From a virus (lineage: Duplodnaviria; Heunggongvirae; Uroviricota; Caudoviricetes): a stretch of DNA of 64,000 bases. Under the pieces are notes generated by a model that saw only the letters and a list, made by a program, of their open reading frames with translations, did not search any database and was not told where the DNA came from. Positions 48,896 through 57,745 of the stretch are shown in pieces (within the stretch, counting starts at the first letter, position 1; every line of letters starts with the position of its first letter). The position numbers and the translations under genes are program-made. The stretch is taken from the IMG/VR virus record IMGVR_UViG_3300018475_000095, one strand, 5' to 3'.

Positions 48896-49483
48896 TTACT
48901 GTAAAGTTTCAAAAGTATTTACACTCAGTTCATGACAAACTCGTATCTCATAATCAGTTTCTGTTAATCTCTTTTTATACTCTCTCGATTGTAATTGACC
49001 TTGAATTAAAATCTTGTCCCCAACATTTAATTTATTTAATGCCTTAGCACACTTCCCTCATGCAACACAAGGTAAATATACATTTAATACTTGCCCATTA
49101 TTTTCTATATTGTTTGCTAATATAAAATCTAAAACATCTTTTCCAGATGATGTTTTTCTTAAATTATTCTTTTTACATATTCTACCATCTATGTATGCGA
49201 GATTATTAGGACTTTCTTCTGCTTCATCAAAATAAGTAAATACAAATAATTCTACTTTATTTCTATCTTCTTCTTGTCTATTAAAAGTTCTAATATTACC
49301 TAGAATAGATATTTCTTGATTTTCTTTATATGGGTTTGAAAACTTTTTAAATTTTAAATTTATAATATCTTCTTTTCCATTTTCTCTTCTAGTTATTAGA
49401 TTAGCTTTATAAAATTCTATATCTTGTATATAATGAGAATATTCTATATTTTTTATTATTCCATTTAATTGTATCTTGTTCAT
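48896..49483 (-). CDS. ssb: single-stranded DNA-binding protein with in-frame TGA at 49058-49060
   Basis: The N-terminal OB half is track ORF 49058..49483. After the TGA the frame continues GKCAKALNKLNVGDKILIQGQLQSREYKKR...TDYEIRV to TAA 48896. The TGA sits at the conserved CV(T/A)W Trp position of SSB. Confidence 0.75.
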
Positions 49484-50514
49484 TATTTAAATACTCTTTT
49501 AACTGAGCTTGAATCTATCGAAATTGTATTTGTGTAGTCTGATGAAGCACTTGTATTTTTCCAAATCAATGTTCCAGCATCATGACCAAAATCAATTCTA
49601 TAAGTGCCAGTTGCTGAATCATAATCATATAATCTACATGTAAATATATAGGATATAAGTTGATTTCCCTCATTGTAACTATGTATTAAAACAGAACTTG
49701 AACTAAAGGTGCTAGTATTTATATTATCAAAAGATAATTTATGCGTGGAAGTAAAAGATTCACCATTAGAAGTATAAGTACTTCTAATCATCAATTCAAT
49801 ATTAAGACTCTCATACTGACCTAATTTTATGTATAAATTATCAGAAAAAGTTGCTGGGGTATAATTACCATCTCTAGAATCTAATGTGTATAATAATGTT
49901 GTATAAGGTATGTTTGTTGTGTCATAATCATAGTTAGTTAAAGGTGCATTATTTATATTCAATATATTTTTATTTAGAGTTAAGCTTTTGTTTTCTCCAT
50001 CATTATTCCTTATTGCATTTACAACATTAGTTGCCAATTCTGGCACATAATTTACATAGTCCTCATTGTATTTATACATTAATGCAACTGGTTTAGAATA
50101 ATCTAAATTCGCAAAATCGCCTTCTATATCTTCTTCTTGTTTAAGTAAATTTAAATTAAGTATAGATTCCCAACCATTTATTGGGTTATCATATTCGTAT
50201 AAGGCATTTATTGACTCATTATCTGAAACAGAACTTAAAGTTAATCTACCATAATATGTAAGGGTAGTCTGTGGGTGAGTAAATTTAAAATGAAATATCA
50301 ACTTATTAGTTTCTGTTTTAAAATAAATTGGAGGATTTGAATCATCTACTAAAATAGTATGACCATAATATCCATTCCAACTTATATTGAAATATACTTG
50401 ACCTGCGTTGTTATATTTAAATTTAATAAAATCTGTTCTAGTAGAAGATACAACTGTTTCTCCAATCCAATCCCCTATAAAAGAATCTATTATAGAATTA
50501 AAACTAGCCCACAT
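49483..50514 (-). CDS. S/T/N/Y-rich hypothetical protein; probable true start at ATG 50729 through a -1 shift in an A4 run
   Basis: The frame stays open 68 codons upstream of the annotated ATG with no in-frame start. An AAGGAGA-ATG at 50729 lies in the +1-offset frame and ends after 19 codons. Confidence 0.55.
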   Translation of the reverse strand: MWASFNSIIDSFIGDWIGETVVSSTRTDFIKFKYNNAGQVYFNISWNGYYGHTILVDDSNPPIYFKTETNKLIFHFKFTHPQTTLTYYGRLTLSSVSDNESINALYEYDNPINGWESILNLNLLKQEEDIEGDFANLDYSKPVALMYKYNEDYVNYVPELATNVVNAIRNNDGENKSLTLNKNILNINNAPLTNYDYDTTNIPYTTLLYTLDSRDGNYTPATFSDNLYIKLGQYESLNIELMIRSTYTSNGESFTSTHKLSFDNINTSTFSSSSVLIHSYNEGNQLISYIFTCRLYDYDSATGTYRIDFGHDAGTLIWKNTSASSDYTNTISIDSSSVKRVFK

Positions 50515-50803
50515 ATCAAAATTATCTTGATGTATAGGTTTATCTAGAGATACTATAAAATTTTTATTATAAATACTTGTAGCATTTTTAAGAGGGGTGT
50601 TTTTATTGTTGGTAGTTGAATATAATAAATTCGTGTCAGTCTCGAAAAATAATTGACCTGGGACTATTTCTAAGTCACTTGCTTTTCTTTTATCTGAAGT
50701 ACTCTTGCTAATCTTATTCTATTATTCATTTAAAGTCTCCTTGATTTATCATCTAATAAATTTAGCAGTTAAATAAAAAATTGAAGTATTTAAAACTTCA
50801 ATT

Positions 50804-51337
50804 TTATTTGTTTATTTCTATCAATTCATCAAGTGTTTTAGGTTCAAAATCTATTACATCTGCGCCAACATTAAATCTATTTGGAATAACTTTATACCCA
50901 TTATCTGCATTATGCACATGTCCATATAAATGATAACTACCTCTATACATTCCATCCCAATCTTCTATAGGATAGTGGAACATTATAATTCTTCTATTTT
51001 TGTCATCATAGATATCTTTATACATTTGTATAGATTCAAACAGTTTTTCTTTACATTGATTATTATAGCTTTTTAACCATTTACTATCATGATTGCCTAT
51101 TATTAAATGTTTCTTACCATTTAAGTTTTTAATTAAAGTAAATAACTGCTGATAACCACCATTTGGACATTTGTAAGATAAATCACCTAATATATAAATC
51201 TCATCTTCAGGTTTTACTTTTTTATTGCAATTATGTATTAGAACCGCATGCATTCTTTCTAAATCTATAAAAGGTCTATTACAAATTCTAATTACATTTT
51301 CATGGAAGAAATGTGTATCACTAATAAAATACTGCAT
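50804..51337 (-). CDS. calcineurin-like metallophosphoesterase
   Basis: SDTHF, GDLSYK and GNHD motifs. Confidence 0.7.
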   Translation of the reverse strand: MQYFISDTHFFHENVIRICNRPFIDLERMHAVLIHNCNKKVKPEDEIYILGDLSYKCPNGGYQQLFTLIKNLNGKKHLIIGNHDSKWLKSYNNQCKEKLFESIQMYKDIYDDKNRRIIMFHYPIEDWDGMYRGSYHLYGHVHNADNGYKVIPNRFNVGADVIDFEPKTLDELIEINK

Positions 51338-52056
51338 TATTCTTCTTTTAACCCTTCAGCTACTTTATCAGCAATTTGTCCATGAGTTTCATTATCTACT
51401 TGATTTACTTCTACTTGAACTTCACCTTTTTGTACTTTAGTCATAAAATCAATTGCATCTGCAGTTTGTTTTAACTCTGGGTCCTCTTCAATTTCTTTTT
51501 GTAATTCTTTTCTTTTCAAATCTAAAGATTCTAAATACATCTCAACAATTTGCTGTCTTTCTTCATCAGTAGCATTATCAAAATCTTCTCCAACTTCAAG
51601 ACCAATATCAGCAAGTGTGATGCCTTCTAAATGATCTAATTCATGTTGGAATACATAAGCAGCCATACCAACCATTCTTCTTGACTCTGGTTTACCTAAT
51701 GCAGTTTGGTACATAACTTCAATTTGATTGTATCTTGGCACTAAATATTCTTTACCTGGTAAACTTAAACATCCCTCTCTATTAATACTCATACCTTTTG
51801 TTTGAGTTATAATTGGGTTGATAAATGCTCTAATATCCCCATTAAAATTGATTACAAATATTCTTTCTTTTTTACCAATTTGTGGAGCAGCTAATCCTAC
51901 ACCATTTTTACTTTCTCTTAAAGTTTGTTTTAATTCAACAACTGTTTCTCTAACTGCTTCATTGTTCTTTCTAACATCTACCTCATCACATCTGTTAGAA
52001 AGCTTTTCTAAATCTGTTACGATTTCTTTAATATAATTTTTATCATTACTAATCAT
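51337..52056 (-). CDS. def: peptide deformylase with C-terminal acidic extension
   Basis: GLAAPQIG, EGCLSLPG and QHELDHLEG motifs. Confidence 0.8.
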   Translation of the reverse strand: MISNDKNYIKEIVTDLEKLSNRCDEVDVRKNNEAVRETVVELKQTLRESKNGVGLAAPQIGKKERIFVINFNGDIRAFINPIITQTKGMSINREGCLSLPGKEYLVPRYNQIEVMYQTALGKPESRRMVGMAAYVFQHELDHLEGITLADIGLEVGEDFDNATDEERQQIVEMYLESLDLKRKELQKEIEEDPELKQTADAIDFMTKVQKGEVQVEVNQVDNETHGQIADKVAEGLKEE

Positions 52057-52087
52057 CTTTTCTTATCTCCTTAATATATTATACAGT

Positions 52088-52630
52088 TTATAAGTATTTA
52101 GTTGACACTAGTTCTACTAATATATCATACAAACTTGTTCCTCTAAAATCATTCTCTCTTGATAAGATATATCCAAAATCATATTCAAATAATTCTATAT
52201 AACCATCAGCAGCTTCTATGTCTATCTCTTCTTCTTTACCTTTTGGAATAAATACTAACGGATACATAAAAGGTTCAATGGTTTCATTTACTAACTCTTT
52301 ATTATAATAACCATCTAAACCTATTTCAATATAGTTATCAATAGCGCCAAAAGTTTCTATGAAATCTTTTTGACTTTCATAATAACCTTTCTTATAAGCA
52401 TCTATTATTAAATCTCTATGTATTATATCATATGAATTACCTATCATATACTTATCTATTCTAGCATCATATAATATTCTATATAAATCTGGGTTATTTA
52501 TCAAAATATCTTTTATATTGTATTCACTTAAATTTAGTTTGCTGCTACTTAAAGATTCTTCTAATCTCTCTTTAACTTTTATTTGATTAGAATTAAATAC
52601 TATTTTTTCTTTAATCAACCAATCGACCAT
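52088..52630 (-). CDS. hypothetical protein
   Basis: 180-aa ORF. Confidence 0.5.
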   Translation of the reverse strand: MVDWLIKEKIVFNSNQIKVKERLEESLSSSKLNLSEYNIKDILINNPDLYRILYDARIDKYMIGNSYDIIHRDLIIDAYKKGYYESQKDFIETFGAIDNYIEIGLDGYYNKELVNETIEPFMYPLVFIPKGKEEEIDIEAADGYIELFEYDFGYILSRENDFRGTSLYDILVELVSTKYL

Positions 52631-53355
52631 CCTGCATTTAAATACTTGTCTAAGTATTCTTTAGGTACTCGAGTATTTTTGGTGCCATCATTAATACCAA
52701 TAGTCCCTCTTAATTTATCTGCTCGTTTTTTCTTTGTTTCTTCTGACTGGGTAATACACCCCTTCAAACCTTTATTCCAAGGTATCTGACCTTTATGTGA
52801 GTCACTCATACGCTTTCTCTGTAATTCAGTTGCTTTATGCCCTAAATGATTAGTGTTACCTTTACTCCGTTCTCTACATTTCTCACAATACTCTGCTGAC
52901 ATTTTCTTGCCTTTATTCCAAGGTACTTGATTTAAATGTGCTAGTCTTTGTTTCTCACGAGTTTCATCTGATACATCATAAGTTTCTCTACTAGCCAAGC
53001 GTTTAGCTATCCATTCCTTTGATTGGGTCTTGCCAGAGTTTGTATCCCCACCATCTCCACCCGATGCCATATTGTAACAAAACTCTTTGCCAAATGAGTC
53101 TCTATAAAACTTTATTCAATAAATCTCTTTCTTATTTAACTCTTCTATAGTAGAGGCAGTGTCAATTGTCTCGACACCGAAATTACACTTACCATATTTA
53201 TTAATTGCCTCATAAAGTAATGATAGATTTCTATGTTCTTGAGCATATATTTCAGATGCTTTTAAGTGTTGGTTATATCTGGTCTCAACACTTTTAGTTG
53301 TCTTCCCAATGTATACTTTCCCATTTGAGTTGTTGGTTATTTTATAGATATACAT
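52615..53355 (-). CDS. GIY-YIG homing endonuclease with NUMOD3 DNA-binding repeats, one in-frame TGA (53116-53118)
   Basis: N-terminal IYKITNNSNGKVYIGKT...R...H catalytic domain (track ORF 53116..53355). After the TGA, 15 sense codons lead in frame into track ORF 52615..53070, which carries PWNKGxK NUMOD3 repeats (verified). Confidence 0.7.
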
Positions 53356-53645
53356 TAATGCTTGTCCCCAATATAATTTATTATTAAACTATAGACATCT
53401 GCATCAAAATCAGCTATTAGGTTTAACATATATGGTTCTGATATAGATTCATATACTAATGAGCTACCTTGTTCTGTCACTACTTGATTATCTTCTAATG
53501 GCTCTAGATCATCTGCATTTTCTAATTTTGAGAATATTTTACCGAACTCATTAGAGTTCATTATTAGCGCTACATATGAATTATCTTCTCCTTGCTGCAA
53601 CTTATTATTTATTCCCAAAGATTGTAAATATTCCTTTATATCCAT
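53355..53645 (-). CDS. hypothetical protein
   Basis: 96-aa ORF. Confidence 0.5.
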   Translation of the reverse strand: MDIKEYLQSLGINNKLQQGEDNSYVALIMNSNEFGKIFSKLENADDLEPLEDNQVVTEQGSSLVYESISEPYMLNLIADFDADVYSLIINYIGDKH

Positions 53646-53666
53646 TTTCTACCTCTCTTTTGTAAT

Positions 53667-54053
53667 TTAGCAGGATTTGATAGAATATTTATCGATTATA
53701 TCCAATAAAGCATTTTTGTAGTTTGAACAGCTTTCTGCTCCCTTTCTTCTCTTTTCTTTCAATTCTTCATCAGATAATGAAGCTCGATATGTTTTAGAAT
53801 CTAGCTTACTTCTCTCTAAGTACTCTTTATATCTTGCCTCTGAACTGCATCTGTAGACATGACATTTAGATATATTAAAAGCTTTTGCTATATCTTCATT
53901 AGTGATTTCAAGTTCTTTTTTGTTACTACATAAATATATAATTTGCTCCCTGTCTTCTTTTGATAGTTTACTTCTTCTGTCAAATTGCGTACCTTTTATT
54001 TTCAAGCTATTGAGTTCTTTTTGTTTTCTAACCATTATTATTACTTCCTTCAT
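53667..54053 (-). CDS. helix-turn-helix DNA-binding protein
   Basis: ITNEDIAKAFNISKCHVYR HTH-like segment. Confidence 0.5.
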   Translation of the reverse strand: MKEVIIMVRKQKELNSLKIKGTQFDRRSKLSKEDREQIIYLCSNKKELEITNEDIAKAFNISKCHVYRCSSEARYKEYLERSKLDSKTYRASLSDEELKEKRRKGAESCSNYKNALLDIIDKYSIKSC

Positions 54054-54378
54054 TCATTTTTTCTAATATTTCTTTTCCTTCATTTAAGATGTCATCTTTT
54101 GACTTAATTTCACCTATCTTCTTTAAATGTTTCTGATGTTGTTTAATATATTTATCTTTCTTCTCTTTTTTATTAGGAGTATTAAGTAAAAATATTATAT
54201 AACTTAATGTCATATAGTTTGTTTTAATTGGTTCAACTAATTTTTTCATATTATCAATCTGCTCCGGGCTGACAATATTTGTTTTTGCGTATTCTTCAAA
54301 GTCTTTTAAATTTTGAATCATCTCATTATATTGATCGCAAACTTGTTCATAATATTCTTTTATATGTTTTACACTCAT
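54028..54378 (-). CDS. hypothetical protein
   Basis: 116-aa ORF. Confidence 0.5.
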   Translation of the reverse strand: MSVKHIKEYYEQVCDQYNEMIQNLKDFEEYAKTNIVSPEQIDNMKKLVEPIKTNYMTLSYIIFLLNTPNKKEKKDKYIKQHQKHLKKIGEIKSKDDILNEGKEILEKMNEGSNNNG

Positions 54379-54380
54379 TT

Positions 54381-54947
54381 TTATTTCTCCTTATTTTCTT
54401 CAATCCAACATCTATAACATAATGCTTGATATTTATCATTAGAGCCTAATTCAATTTGTTCTCCATCTCTTATAATATTACCTTTCTTATCCACTCTTGC
54501 GTTTACTTGTGCTGGTTCTCCACATCTTTTACAACTCATTTCTAGTTCTTCTATAGAATCCGCTATTTCTAATAATCTCTTACTGCCCTCAAAAAGATGC
54601 GATGTAAAATCAGTTTTGAGCCCATAACAATATATTTTAACGTTATTTTTAATAGATAATAATTTTAAGTTGTTTATCTGTTCTTCTGTGCAAAATTGAG
54701 CTTCATCTATAATTACAGTATGTAATCTCTTTGCTTTAAATAAACCAGCTAAATTATCTTTAACATCAAATACAATAGCTTTTTCTTCTAATCCTATTCT
54801 ACTCTTTATTATATCAGATCCATCGCGTTCATCAATAGCTGGTTTCATTAGTACAACATTATACCCTGAAGTTTTTAATTCAAAATATCTCATAAGAGCT
54901 GAAGCTGTTTTCGAACTACCCATCGTTCCATATATAAACTTTAACAT
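54381..54947 (-). CDS. tdk: thymidine kinase
   Basis: YGTMGSSKT P-loop, VIIDEAQF and C-terminal CKRCG zinc ribbon. Confidence 0.85.
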   Translation of the reverse strand: MLKFIYGTMGSSKTASALMRYFELKTSGYNVVLMKPAIDERDGSDIIKSRIGLEEKAIVFDVKDNLAGLFKAKRLHTVIIDEAQFCTEEQINNLKLLSIKNNVKIYCYGLKTDFTSHLFEGSKRLLEIADSIEELEMSCKRCGEPAQVNARVDKKGNIIRDGEQIELGSNDKYQALCYRCWIEENKEK

Positions 54948-54959
54948 TTTAATCTCCTC

Positions 54960-54977
54960 ATTATAATATACAGTAAA
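54960..54977 (-). promoter_or_regulatory. class B promoter (extended -10 ACTGTATAT/ACTGTATAAT) for tdk
   Basis: One of 8 copies of ACTGTATAAT on the minus strand. Confidence 0.5.
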
Positions 54978-55010
54978 AAAAAGTCTATAATTATATGTTA
55001 TAGACTTTTT
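54978..55010 (-). terminator. intrinsic terminator (13-bp perfect stem) before tdk
   Basis: AAAAAGTCTATAA / TTATAGACTTTTT followed by a U-tract on the minus strand. Confidence 0.6.
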
Positions 55011-55052
55011 ATTTATAATTATTTTTTTTTTGTTTTCTTAACTTCAGCCGTC

Positions 55053-55586
55053 TTAAATCCTGTCTTTTCTTGATGATTCTAATAGAAGTTTTGGTTTAGG
55101 TTTAGGTTGTTCAGTAGGTTGATTAGGTTGATTCGGTGAAATAACATCCGCTAAGTTCTTTTGCTCTGCTTCAATAAGATAACCTAATTTTTTAGCTTGG
55201 TTTGTTTTACTTACAATTTTTTGATTATATTCATTAGTTTTTCTATCAATATCAACTTTCTTTTCTTCATTAAGAACATTTGTTTGTGTCTCTTTATTTG
55301 CTTTTAAAGCAGCAATTTGTGCTTGTAGACTATTGATTTGAGCATTTGTAGTATCAATTAAATTTGCTTTCTTTTGGTCATAAGTCTTAATAATATTTTC
55401 AATTTCAACTTTTTGTTGTTTCTTTAAAACTTCTATCTCACCTTCAATTTTCTTTTTCTTTTCAACCTTTCCAACTACTGAATTACCAAATATTGATAAT
55501 AGCCATTCTTTCTTAAAAATTGCTAATAAGATTAGTGCTACTACCAACAAACTTAAGATCACTGTAACAACTACCATATTATTCAT
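55053..55586 (-). CDS. membrane-anchored coiled-coil protein
   Basis: N-terminal TM helix and a Q/K-rich coiled coil. Confidence 0.5.
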   Translation of the reverse strand: MNNMVVVTVILSLLVVALILLAIFKKEWLLSIFGNSVVGKVEKKKKIEGEIEVLKKQQKVEIENIIKTYDQKKANLIDTTNAQINSLQAQIAALKANKETQTNVLNEEKKVDIDRKTNEYNQKIVSKTNQAKKLGYLIEAEQKNLADVISPNQPNQPTEQPKPKPKLLLESSRKDRI

Positions 55587-55842
55587 CTCCTTTTATTTGT
55601 AATTGATTAAAAATATATCTATGCTCTAAATCAGGTATTGCAAGAGGTATAATATTTACCCCATGCTCCATAAATAATTGTTTTAAAGCTAATATACACT
55701 CATGTATCTCGGATGGACTAAATCCTTCAACACAGCATTGAATAACATTTACTATATTATTATTTTTATCTATTTTAGTATTAATTACTTCTCTTATAGA
55801 TAACTCTTTTCCATCTTCAAAAAATTTTATTTCCATAGTCAC
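55579..55842 (-). CDS. hypothetical protein
   Basis: 87-aa ORF. Confidence 0.45.
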   Translation of the reverse strand: MTMEIKFFEDGKELSIREVINTKIDKNNNIVNVIQCCVEGFSPSEIHECILALKQLFMEHGVNIIPLAIPDLEHRYIFNQLQIKGDE

Positions 55843-56316
55843 CTACATCATTAAAGTACCAGTAGTATAGTAATGTTTTATTCTTTTTATAATATACGGG
55901 ATATCATCTAAAGACATATTTATAAAAAATTTAGGCTGATTTTGTATTTGTATACTTATCTCATCTCTATAATCTTTTATTCTAATTAAAGCCATTTCAA
56001 GAGATTTGTACTGCTCTTTAGTAGGTTTTTTGTTAGCCAATGTGACATACCCTACAAAACTATATCTTATGTAGCCTAAATCACTTAATAAGACCTCTGC
56101 ATCAGATGGACATGCAACATAATCTTCAGTCACTAAAAATTTATGTGCTTCATAATGGTCTTGCATCTCTAAGAATTTTCCATCTGGAAGTATATAAGAA
56201 CATTTTTGAAAATCATCTGTCAAAGGTAATCTTAAAGACAATACCTCTTCAATGACCTCATCATTCAGTATCCTTTGCAAAATATTTCTCCTTAATTTAA
56301 AATAATAACACGACAC
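55843..56316 (-). CDS. hypothetical protein
   Basis: 157-aa ORF. Confidence 0.5.
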   Translation of the reverse strand: MSCYYFKLRRNILQRILNDEVIEEVLSLRLPLTDDFQKCSYILPDGKFLEMQDHYEAHKFLVTEDYVACPSDAEVLLSDLGYIRYSFVGYVTLANKKPTKEQYKSLEMALIRIKDYRDEISIQIQNQPKFFINMSLDDIPYIIKRIKHYYTTGTLMM

Positions 56317-56545
56317 ATTCCTTTTCCGTTAAGGGCAACGAGCATTACCTAGACTTACTAGGGCTATAAGCAATTAGAAATCTCGTTCTAATTCAAAGAT
56401 ATAACCTGTATATCACAGACATTTCTTATAAGCTCTTTCGACTTATCGTGGATAAATCCAACTTAACATCTTTTTAAAAGATTGAAATGTAGTATTTAGA
56501 AAACTGTTTATGTATTAATGTTGCAGTTTACGTGTCGTTAAACAA

Positions 56546-56725
56546 TTAGTTCTTTTTAGAACTTTTATCCTTGTAACATGATTTATTAGTATTTACATCT
56601 AATTTACTTAAATCAAAATTTCTTTTGTTTAATTTGCAAGAATATAATTGAGAATTTTTATTTATATTTTGTACTTGAAAATACATACAATCTTTACAAC
56701 TTATAATCTTAATATTCTTGTTCAT
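56546..56725 (-). CDS. small Cys-containing ORF (about 59 aa)
   Basis: AGAGGT plus 7 nt then ATG; CKDC...C...C. Coordinates approximate. Confidence 0.3.
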   Translation of the reverse strand: MNKNIKIISCKDCMYFQVQNINKNSQLYSCKLNKRNFDLSKLDVNTNKSCYKDKSSKKN

Positions 56726-56736
56726 TAGATTTACCT

Positions 56737-57192
56737 CTATTTTGCTGAATTAATTATAGTATAAATTTCATTCACAGTATACCCTTCTTTTTTAAGAAGT
56801 AAAATCATAACTGCTTTTTCAATATCGTCTTCATCATCTTTAGAACGAGTAGTAACAAACTTTCTGTCATCATAAGTTAGCATTATAGTTTTATCTTTGC
56901 TTTTTATAACTTTTTTAATATTACGAAAATCTAGAATATCTTTATCTTCTTCAATCTCATTAAGATTATCTTCTCTAACAATAAAAGCACCTAGTTGATT
57001 TTCAATTAAAACATAACCATCTTTTCTATAATCAACATATTCAAATTCTGTTTTATTTTCTTCAATCTTAGATATATTGAGCATACCTTCAATAAGCTTT
57101 GTTGATATTTTATCATTGTCTTGATACTGGATATAATCAATAACTAAATCACTTCTATTTAAAAATTTCTTGTTTTTAATAGTAAATTTCAT
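56737..57192 (-). CDS. hypothetical protein
   Basis: 151-aa ORF. Confidence 0.5.
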   Translation of the reverse strand: MKFTIKNKKFLNRSDLVIDYIQYQDNDKISTKLIEGMLNISKIEENKTEFEYVDYRKDGYVLIENQLGAFIVREDNLNEIEEDKDILDFRNIKKVIKSKDKTIMLTYDDRKFVTTRSKDDEDDIEKAVMILLLKKEGYTVNEIYTIINSAK

Positions 57193-57199
57193 CTTTTCT

Positions 57200-57330
57200 T
57201 CTCCTTTAATAATATTAAGTTAAATAGCTCTGGTAACTTAGTAGGTGCACCATTACCAAAGCTAAGTTACTTAAAATGAGTAAGTTTGGTTAAAACAGCT
57301 CAACCAGCGTGAAGGTACTTACTCATTGAG
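57200..57330 (-). ncRNA. structured element immediately 3' of the suppressor tRNA
   Basis: Two perfect stems: ATGAGTAAGT/ACTTACTCAT (57276-85 with 57317-26) and GTAACTTAG/CTAAGTTAC (57233-41 with 57262-70), the latter enclosing the GGTGCACC palindrome. Confidence 0.35.
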
Positions 57331-57331
57331 C

Positions 57332-57425
57332 CAGGGGTTGCAGGAATCGAACCCGCGCTATAGGTTTTGGAGACCTATTGTTACGGTTTTGAAGACCGCT
57401 TGACTTCCAATTATCGTACACCCCT
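57332..57425 (-). tRNA. tRNA-Trp-like opal suppressor, anticodon UCA, with a second CCA-anticodon-like hairpin in the variable region
   Basis: Hand-folded from AGGGGTG (A1:U72, G73). D-loop AATTGGAA. Anticodon arm GCGGT-CTTCAAA-ACCGT. A 26-nt variable arm contains ATAGGT-CTCCAAA-ACCTAT. T-arm GCGGG-TTCGATT-CCTGC. No encoded CCA. Confidence 0.6.
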
Positions 57426-57745
57426 ACATGGATAAGTTGTTTCTTGGCTGTCTTTCCGCAAGTGTCAAGATTCTTTTTGTTAAGATTACTCTAATTTATC
57501 ATTGGCTCACTTATCAAGAACCAAACGTTTGCTAGTGGAACGCTACACCCTATCACTCCGTTGGTATAGGACAACATGGTTTTAAAGCGACTTTTCCTTG
57601 TCGAAATTATTTACAAGACCTGAAAAAGATATTCTCCCAACGAATAGTTTTTTAAAATTGCTGTAAAGGTCTTATTTTTTACAAGACACAGTATAAAACG
57701 AATTTCAAGTTCCTTATGTAGAATTGCTGTATGTGTCTTATTATA

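Noticed and set aside
56317-56545. Possible group I intron or ribozyme in the relatively GC-richer non-coding stretch (CCGTTAAGGGCAACGAG...CCTAGACTTACTAGG).
   Set aside because: Only short local stems are seen. No P7/P3-like paired elements could be identified by eye, so it is more likely a 3' UTR or terminator region.
57332-57425. Interpretation of the UCA tRNA as tRNA-Sec (selenocysteine).
   Set aside because: Its anticodon loop CUUCAAA is identical to E. coli selC. However, the acceptor is 7 bp not 8, the D-stem is 3-4 bp not 6, the A1:U72/G73 identity and acceptor sequence match tRNA-Trp, and no selA/selB/selD or SECIS-like hairpins were seen after the TGAs.
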